Positions 60,213 through 64,000 of a stretch of DNA of 64,000 bases are shown here, piece after piece. Both the position numbers and the translations under genes were made by a program. Within the stretch, counting starts at the first letter, position 1. Every line of letters starts with the position of its first letter. The notes beneath the pieces are model-generated. The model saw only the letters and a program-made list of their open reading frames with translations, ran no database searches and was not told the DNA's origin. The stretch is from an uncultured Methanolobus sp. (GTDB lineage: Archaea > Halobacteriota > Methanosarcinia > Methanosarcinales > Methanosarcinaceae), in the NCBI GenBank assembly GCA_963675495.1, contig OY776215.1, positions 640,001 through 704,000 of the forward strand, read 5' to 3'.

Positions 60213-61910
60213 ATGACTGAATCGACGGAAAAAATGACAGGTGCAAGAGCCTTCATCGAGTGCCTGTACAGAGAAGGTGTTGATACCATCTTCGGGTATC
60301 CGGGAGGCGTACTGCTCCCCATATACGATGAACTCTACGATGCGGATATCCGTCATATACTAGTCCGCCACGAACAGGCTGCCGCCCACGCAGCAGAAGG
60401 ATACGCAAGAGCAACTGGAAAGACAGGTGTCTGCCTTGCGACTTCAGGACCAGGTGCAACAAACCTTGTAACAGGCATTGCAAATGCCTACATGGACTCC
60501 ATACCAATGGTAATCTTCACCGGACAGGTACCAAGCTCCCTGCTTGGAAATGATGCTTTCCAGGAAGCAAACATTACCGGCATCACAATGCCAATTACCA
60601 AGCACAATTACCTTGTACAGGATGCAAATGAGCTTCCAAGAATTATCAAAGAAGCGTTTCATATCGCATCCACAGGCAGACAGGGACCGGTACTCATTGA
60701 TCTTCCGAAGGATGTTACTGTTCAGGAAATTGATTTCTACTACCCCGATAAAGTAGAACTGCGAGGATACAAGCCCACATATCAGGGTAACCTCCAGCAG
60801 ATAAAAAAGGCAGCTTCTAAGATAGAAATGTCAAAGAATCCTGTTATTTATGCAGGTGGCGGGGTCATTAGTTCAGATGCAAGCAAAGAGCTTCTCGAAT
60901 TTGCAGAGAAGATCAACGCCCCCGTAACAACAACCCTTACAGGAATGGGCGGCTTCCCTGTAGAACACCCTTTGTTTTTGGGAATGCCAGGCATGCATGG
61001 AACCAAATATGCTAACTATGCCATCCAGGAATCAGACCTTTTGATCGCAGTTGGAGCAAGGTTCGATGACCGGGTCACAGGCAAGCTCAAAGCATTTGCA
61101 TCCAATGCAAAGATAATCCACATAGACATCGATCCTGCAGAGATCTCGAAGAATGTAAAGGTTGACGTACCAATTGTAGGAGATGCAAAGTGGATACTCC
61201 AAAAACTATTGAAGTACTCATCCCCATCACAATCCGAAGCATGGATAAAGAGGATAGACCACTGGAAGAAGGACAATCCTCTCTACTACGTGGAGCCTGC
61301 AACTGGTGATGGAATTAAACCCCAGTACATAATGGAGCAGATAAGTGAGGCATGTAAGGATGCCATTATCGTTACCGAAGTAGGACAGCATCAGATGTGG
61401 GCTGCCCAGTACTTCAGATTCAGCGAAGCAAGGACCTTTATCACATCCGGAGGACTTGGAACCATGGGTTACGGATTCCCTGCATCCATCGGTGCCAAGA
61501 TAGCAAGACCTGACAAAGTAGTCTTTGATATTGCAGGTGACGGCTCATTCCAGATGAACTCACAAGAACTTGCAACAGCAGTTCAGGAAAATGTACCTGT
61601 AATAGTAGCGATCTTCAACAATGGCTACCTTGGAATGGTCAGACAATGGCAGGAACTGTTCCACGATAAGAGATACTCTTCAACCTGCATACAAGATAGT
61701 GTCGACTTCGTGAAACTTGCAGAAGCATACGGTGCACTTGGACTTCGAGCCACCAAACGTGATGAAGTACGTCCGGCCATTGAACAGGCTATCGCTTCAG
61801 GAAGACCCACAGTAATTGATTTTGTTGTGGAATGCGAAGAGAATGTATCACCAATGGTACCGGCAGGTGCTGCAATTAACGAAATAATGGACCTGGAGAA
61901 GAAAGAATGA
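60213..61910 (+). CDS. ilvB: Acetolactate synthase large subunit
   Basis: [57 protein letters not shown]. Confidence 0.97.
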   Translation: MTESTEKMTGARAFIECLYREGVDTIFGYPGGVLLPIYDELYDADIRHILVRHEQAAAHAAEGYARATGKTGVCLATSGPGATNLVTGIANAYMDSIPMVIFTGQVPSSLLGNDAFQEANITGITMPITKHNYLVQDANELPRIIKEAFHIASTGRQGPVLIDLPKDVTVQEIDFYYPDKVELRGYKPTYQGNLQQIKKAASKIEMSKNPVIYAGGGVISSDASKELLEFAEKINAPVTTTLTGMGGFPVEHPLFLGMPGMHGTKYANYAIQESDLLIAVGARFDDRVTGKLKAFASNAKIIHIDIDPAEISKNVKVDVPIVGDAKWILQKLLKYSSPSQSEAWIKRIDHWKKDNPLYYVEPATGDGIKPQYIMEQISEACKDAIIVTEVGQHQMWAAQYFRFSEARTFITSGGLGTMGYGFPASIGAKIARPDKVVFDIAGDGSFQMNSQELATAVQENVPVIVAIFNNGYLGMVRQWQELFHDKRYSSTCIQDSVDFVKLAEAYGALGLRATKRDEVRPAIEQAIASGRPTVIDFVVECEENVSPMVPAGAAINEIMDLEKKE

Positions 61911-62392
61911 GACATACACTTGCAGTTCTGGTTGAGAACAAATATGGAGTACTCTCAAGAGTCGCAGGCATGTTCTCAAGAAGAGGTTACAATATTGACA
62001 GCCTGACAGTAGGAGTCACTGATGACCCCACCATGTCCCGCATGACAATTGTGGTAATGGGAGATGATGATGTCCTGGAACAGGTCACTAAGCAACTTAA
62101 TAAGCTCATTGATGTCATCAGGGTTACAGATCTCCAATCAGAAGAGTCCGTTGAAAGAGAACTAGCACTCATAAAAGTTAACTCAGATGTCACCAACCGC
62201 TCCGAGATTATGCAGATAGCAGACGTATTCCGTGCCCACATCATTGATGTTGGTTCTAAATCCATGACCGTTGAGGTCACAGGTGACGAAGGCAAGATAA
62301 CTGCCATCGAGCAATTACTCAAACCCTTTGGAATAAAGGAAATGGTAAGGACCGGAAAAGTTGCCCTCAGTAGAGGACAGAAGAATTCTTAA
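61907..62392 (+). CDS. ilvN: Acetolactate synthase small (regulatory) subunit
   Basis: [49 protein letters not shown]. Confidence 0.97.
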   Translation: MRHTLAVLVENKYGVLSRVAGMFSRRGYNIDSLTVGVTDDPTMSRMTIVVMGDDDVLEQVTKQLNKLIDVIRVTDLQSEESVERELALIKVNSDVTNRSEIMQIADVFRAHIIDVGSKSMTVEVTGDEGKITAIEQLLKPFGIKEMVRTGKVALSRGQKNS

Positions 62393-62436
62393 TTATTCAG
62401 AGACTTATAGATATTTCAATTAAAGAGGCACATACA

Positions 62437-63444
62437 ATGGCAGAAATGTATTATGATAACGATGCAGACCTTAACTTACTGAAAGGTAAGAAGATCGCAG
62501 TGATGGGTTACGGAAGTCAGGGACATGCACAGGCACAGAACCTGCATGACTCAGGACTTGATGTGACCGTGGGCTTAAGAGAAGGCAGCAGACGCTGGAA
62601 ACAGGCAGAAGAAGATGGACTAAAGGTCATGACAGTTGCAGATGCAGCAAAGATGGCTGATGTAATTCAGATACTCCTCCCAGACGAAGTGCAGTCGCAG
62701 GTATATTACAGCGAGATCGAACCAGGACTTGAGGCAGGTAACGCAATCGTATTCTCACACGGATTCAACATCCACTATAACCAGATAATCCCACAGAAGG
62801 ATATCGATGTCTACATGGTAGCTCCAAAAAGCCCGGGCCACCTTGTCAGGAGAACATACAGGGACGGAGCAGGTGTACCAGGACTTATCGCAGTCTATCA
62901 GGATGCGAGCGGCAACGCAAAGAACCTGGCTCTGGCACACGCAATGGGAGTAGGATGTACACGTGCAGGAGTATACGAGACATCATTCCGCGAGGAAACT
63001 GAGACCGATCTTTTCGGAGAACAGGTAGACCTCTGTGGCGGAGTTGCTTCACTTATCAAAACATCTTTTGAAGTTCTTGTTGAAGCAGGGTACCAGCCGG
63101 AAATGGCATACTTTGAGACATGTCACGAGTTGAAACTCATCGTTGACCTTATCCATGAAGGTGGCCTTGACAAAATGTGGTACTCAGTATCCAACACCGC
63201 AGAGTATGGCGGAATGACAGTTGGCCCTAAGGTCATAAACGAGCTTTCCAGGGAAGCTATGTACGAGGCCCTTGACAGAATCCAGAACGGAGAGTTCGCT
63301 CGCGAGTTTGTACTTGAAGGCAAGGCAAACAGACCGGTCCTTACTGCAATGGAAAGACAGGACAGGGAACACCCATTGGAAGTCATAGGTAAGCAGATCA
63401 GAGCCAAGATGCCCTGGTTGAACAACGAATTAAATGAAGAGTAG
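62437..63444 (+). CDS. ilvC: Ketol-acid reductoisomerase
   Basis: [50 protein letters not shown]. Confidence 0.98.
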   Translation: MAEMYYDNDADLNLLKGKKIAVMGYGSQGHAQAQNLHDSGLDVTVGLREGSRRWKQAEEDGLKVMTVADAAKMADVIQILLPDEVQSQVYYSEIEPGLEAGNAIVFSHGFNIHYNQIIPQKDIDVYMVAPKSPGHLVRRTYRDGAGVPGLIAVYQDASGNAKNLALAHAMGVGCTRAGVYETSFREETETDLFGEQVDLCGGVASLIKTSFEVLVEAGYQPEMAYFETCHELKLIVDLIHEGGLDKMWYSVSNTAEYGGMTVGPKVINELSREAMYEALDRIQNGEFAREFVLEGKANRPVLTAMERQDREHPLEVIGKQIRAKMPWLNNELNEE

Positions 63445-63478
63445 ACCCTTTGGTCTACACAATATTTTTTTGTTATTT
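63441..63478 (+). terminator. Hairpin plus T-tract after ilvC
   Basis: GTAGACC-CTTT-GGTCTAC followed by ATATTTTTTTGTT. Confidence 0.6.
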
Positions 63479-63518
63479 ATGTCAATTTGGGTTTAACTAA
63501 TACCCATATATTTTGCCC

Positions 63519-63743
63519 TTAGAATGAATTGATCAATCTCTCATTGAGTTTGTGCCTTTCATCTTTAATATCTGCGATCTCGCGCTCTATTTGACCCTTT
63601 TGAACCATCAATTCTGCTTTTTTATCTTCATTGATAGTTTTGTAAAGATCCCTGATGATAATATCCAACTCATCTTCAAGATCCATGAGTTCATAGCCTA
63701 GTCTGGTTGCCTTTTTATCGAGCCCAATAATGTCTTCATTCAT
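63519..63743 (-). CDS. Small hypothetical coiled-coil protein
   Basis: 74 aa, charged heptad pattern, GGGGT ribosome-binding site upstream. Confidence 0.65.
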   Translation of the reverse strand: MNEDIIGLDKKATRLGYELMDLEDELDIIIRDLYKTINEDKKAELMVQKGQIEREIADIKDERHKLNERLINSF

Positions 63744-63760
63744 CTTACCCCACGCCCAAC

Positions 63761-64000
63761 TTACAATTTAAATGATAGCAATTTAATAAAATCGATTCTT
63801 GGTGAATATATAGCACCTGCACTTCTCAATGAAGCAAGAGCATTTGATAGCTCAAACGGTGTAAGCAGAGACATATTTTCAACATCCACCATTGAAATGA
63901 TTACATCAATACCAAAAGTATCCTCTAGTTGCAAATACAATTGAGCCGCTTCTTTGGGTAAACGAAATATTTCACCAGGAGACAAATTGGATTTCCGGAA
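63761..64000 (-). CDS. Hypothetical protein, 3' part (frame open to the window edge)
   Basis: No stop between 64000 and 63761. The C-terminus (LASLRSAGAIYSPR..FIKL) resembles a winged-helix end. Confidence 0.55.
   Translation of the reverse strand, partial: FRKSNLSPGEIFRLPKEAAQLYLQLEDTFGIDVIISMVDVENMSLLTPFELSNALASLRSAGAIYSPRIDFIKLLSFKL

Noticed and set aside
57545-63425. Many 60-216-aa antisense or alternate-frame ORFs in the track, here and over the wbp and surface-protein genes (for example 20421..20978, 20761..21411, 57751..58305)
   Set aside because: They lie opposite or inside well-supported genes, have no recognisable motifs, and are expected shadow ORFs.
1-64000. CRISPR array, rRNA or tRNA genes
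   Set aside because: No regularly spaced 25-40-bp repeats with unique spacers and no cloverleaf or rRNA-like segments were seen. The long repeats found are intragenic domain duplications.

Overview
Archaeal DNA from a Methanosarcinaceae-type methanogen, probably Methanolobus/Methanococcoides-like. This is inferred from the archaeosortase C and PEF-CTERM genes, the DNRLRE protein and the cimA-ilvBNC order. About 57 kb is one large cell-surface glycosylation/EPS and surface-protein locus. It holds nucleotide-sugar pathways (a WbpA/B/E/D-type set, four DegT aminotransferases, dehydratase, epimerase), two flippases, GT2/GT4 transferases and an AglH-type GlcNAc-1-P transferase. It also holds sugar-decorating enzymes (2 FemAB-like GNATs, WbqC, 2 PIG-L deacetylases, DUF354, LbH acetyltransferases), large secreted beta-helix proteins with DNRLRE/PKD/cohesin/dockerin modules, archaeosortase C with a PEF-CTERM substrate, and a decayed IS5-family element nested in an IS630 remnant. 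The last 6.5 kb is housekeeping (M42 peptidase, cimA-ilvB-ilvN-ilvC). The most notable items are four. (1) A tightly coupled DUF4956 - CotH kinase - extracellular metallophosphoesterase - VTC operon, a candidate polyphosphate-fuelled surface phosphorylation write/erase system. (2) A set of secreted cohesin/dockerin proteins that could assemble into a cellulosome-like complex. (3) A cimA gene whose conserved N-terminus has no in-frame ATG/GTG/TTG start. (4) An uncalled 46-aa zinc-finger microprotein. All family assignments come from motif recognition by eye; no database search was run.
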